The notes beneath the pieces were generated by a model that was given only the letters and a program-made list of their open reading frames with translations, was not told where the DNA came from and did no database searches. From Somniosus microcephalus (Eukaryota): a DNA stretch of 64,000 nt. Positions 62,931-64,000 of the stretch are shown in pieces (position 1 is the first letter of the stretch; every line of letters starts with the position of its first letter). The stretch is taken from positions 16,926,001-16,990,000 of the forward strand of contig CM126222.1 in the NCBI GenBank assembly GCA_052327205.1, written 5' to 3'. Position numbers and translations under genes: made by a program.

Positions 62931-64000
62931 ACTGGCAGTGTCTTTACCCACTGACACCCCTTGGTCCACTATCCGTATTACAATGGCATAGGAATTAGCT
63001 GGAAACCAACTGGGATTTAATTTGCTCTGAAGTAAATAATTAATGAGCTGGGAGATCCTAACTGAAATGCTTTTCACAATTTCCTCCATACTCAGGTTAT
63101 GTCAGTCCACGGTGCTCCTGATAAAGGCGCGCTCTCTCACCAGCCCATCTAACTCAATGGCTACAGCTAACACGAAGCGTCACGATCTGCGGCATGATGT
63201 GACCGACTGTAACGACATGCTCAAAGTGCATGGCCTCACACCAGGAAAAAGCAGACTGCACAGGACCAGGAAATGCAATGAGTCGGGCGCCTCCTGGGAA
63301 TTTTCCACAGCCAAGTGCACGCTCCGCTCTTCCCCTTCCTGCGTTTCCCCATACTCAGCCCTCCCCCTTCAGTCGGAATCTTCACCCCCGGGGGAGGGGA
63401 AGCAACAGCAGGCAGTGTTTGATATGGACTACATCTTTTAAAGAAGTCCGCATAATTCAATTCCAAAGACGGGCACATTGAAAATCTACCCAAATGCAGC
63501 GTTTTCCCACTAAACCGTGCTCGCCCCAAACATTTCCAGCGGATTATTGTGCCAGTGTACACTGCAAAACAAAGGTAGCCCTGCAGGTCACAGATTTTCA
63601 GTCGCTTTCTATGTGTGTTACTGCACCGCGCTCTGCTTTAATTCTCTCTTGTAATAGATCAGAGTAATATCACAAACAGTGATACGTTCTACACTAATCA
63701 CCTGGGGAGAAGGAGGGGACGAGAAATGGATTTCTATTCTTCATTTACTCCCCCAGCGCAGACACATGTCCGAACCATTTCTAGCACATGACTTTCCATG
63801 CTTGAAAGAACTGTACTTTGGGTCAGTTGGTGTTGGCTGCTCCCAACAACACACTTCCAGTGCCAACCTGCTCACTTTCCAGATTTAGCCTGCTCAGTGG
63901 CCGTGTTGCTCCTTGCACATCTAACCCGCCAAGCCGGGCAGAGGGATTATGACCGTCCTGGAATAATCTGCATTGCAGGTGGCAATATTTTGGAGCTGCA

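Overview
Vertebrate nuclear DNA, almost certainly from an elasmobranch (shark or ray), judged from an HE1/V-SINE, many SacSINE1-like Deu-SINEs, HER1/CR1 LINEs and shark-type Penelope ends. The only host-gene sequence I can support is one 98-bp minus-strand exon at 41650-41747. It encodes [33 protein letters not shown], the N-terminal SH3 domain of GRB2, and the ORF track misses it. The rest appears to be GRB2 intron filled with nested repeats. These include a full-length but frameshifted Mag-clade Gypsy element (25550-30247; two LTRs, tRNA-Ser PBS, 5-bp TSD) and a CpG-rich, non-autonomous CsRn1-like LTR element with no 5' LTR and two PBS-like junctions (16480-18311). There are also two solo LTRs sharing an invariant 53-bp palindromic TATA core, CR1, L2 and RTE LINE fragments, a Penelope fragment with a minimal hammerhead motif on the GRB2 sense strand, Tc1/mariner- and hAT-type MITEs, and several minisatellites. 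Nearly all ORFs in the track are TE fragments or repeat artefacts. I found no clearly new protein-coding system; the most unusual signals are in TE architecture. Family names come from recalled consensus motifs, not database searches, and TE boundaries are approximate unless a TSD or TIR is given.
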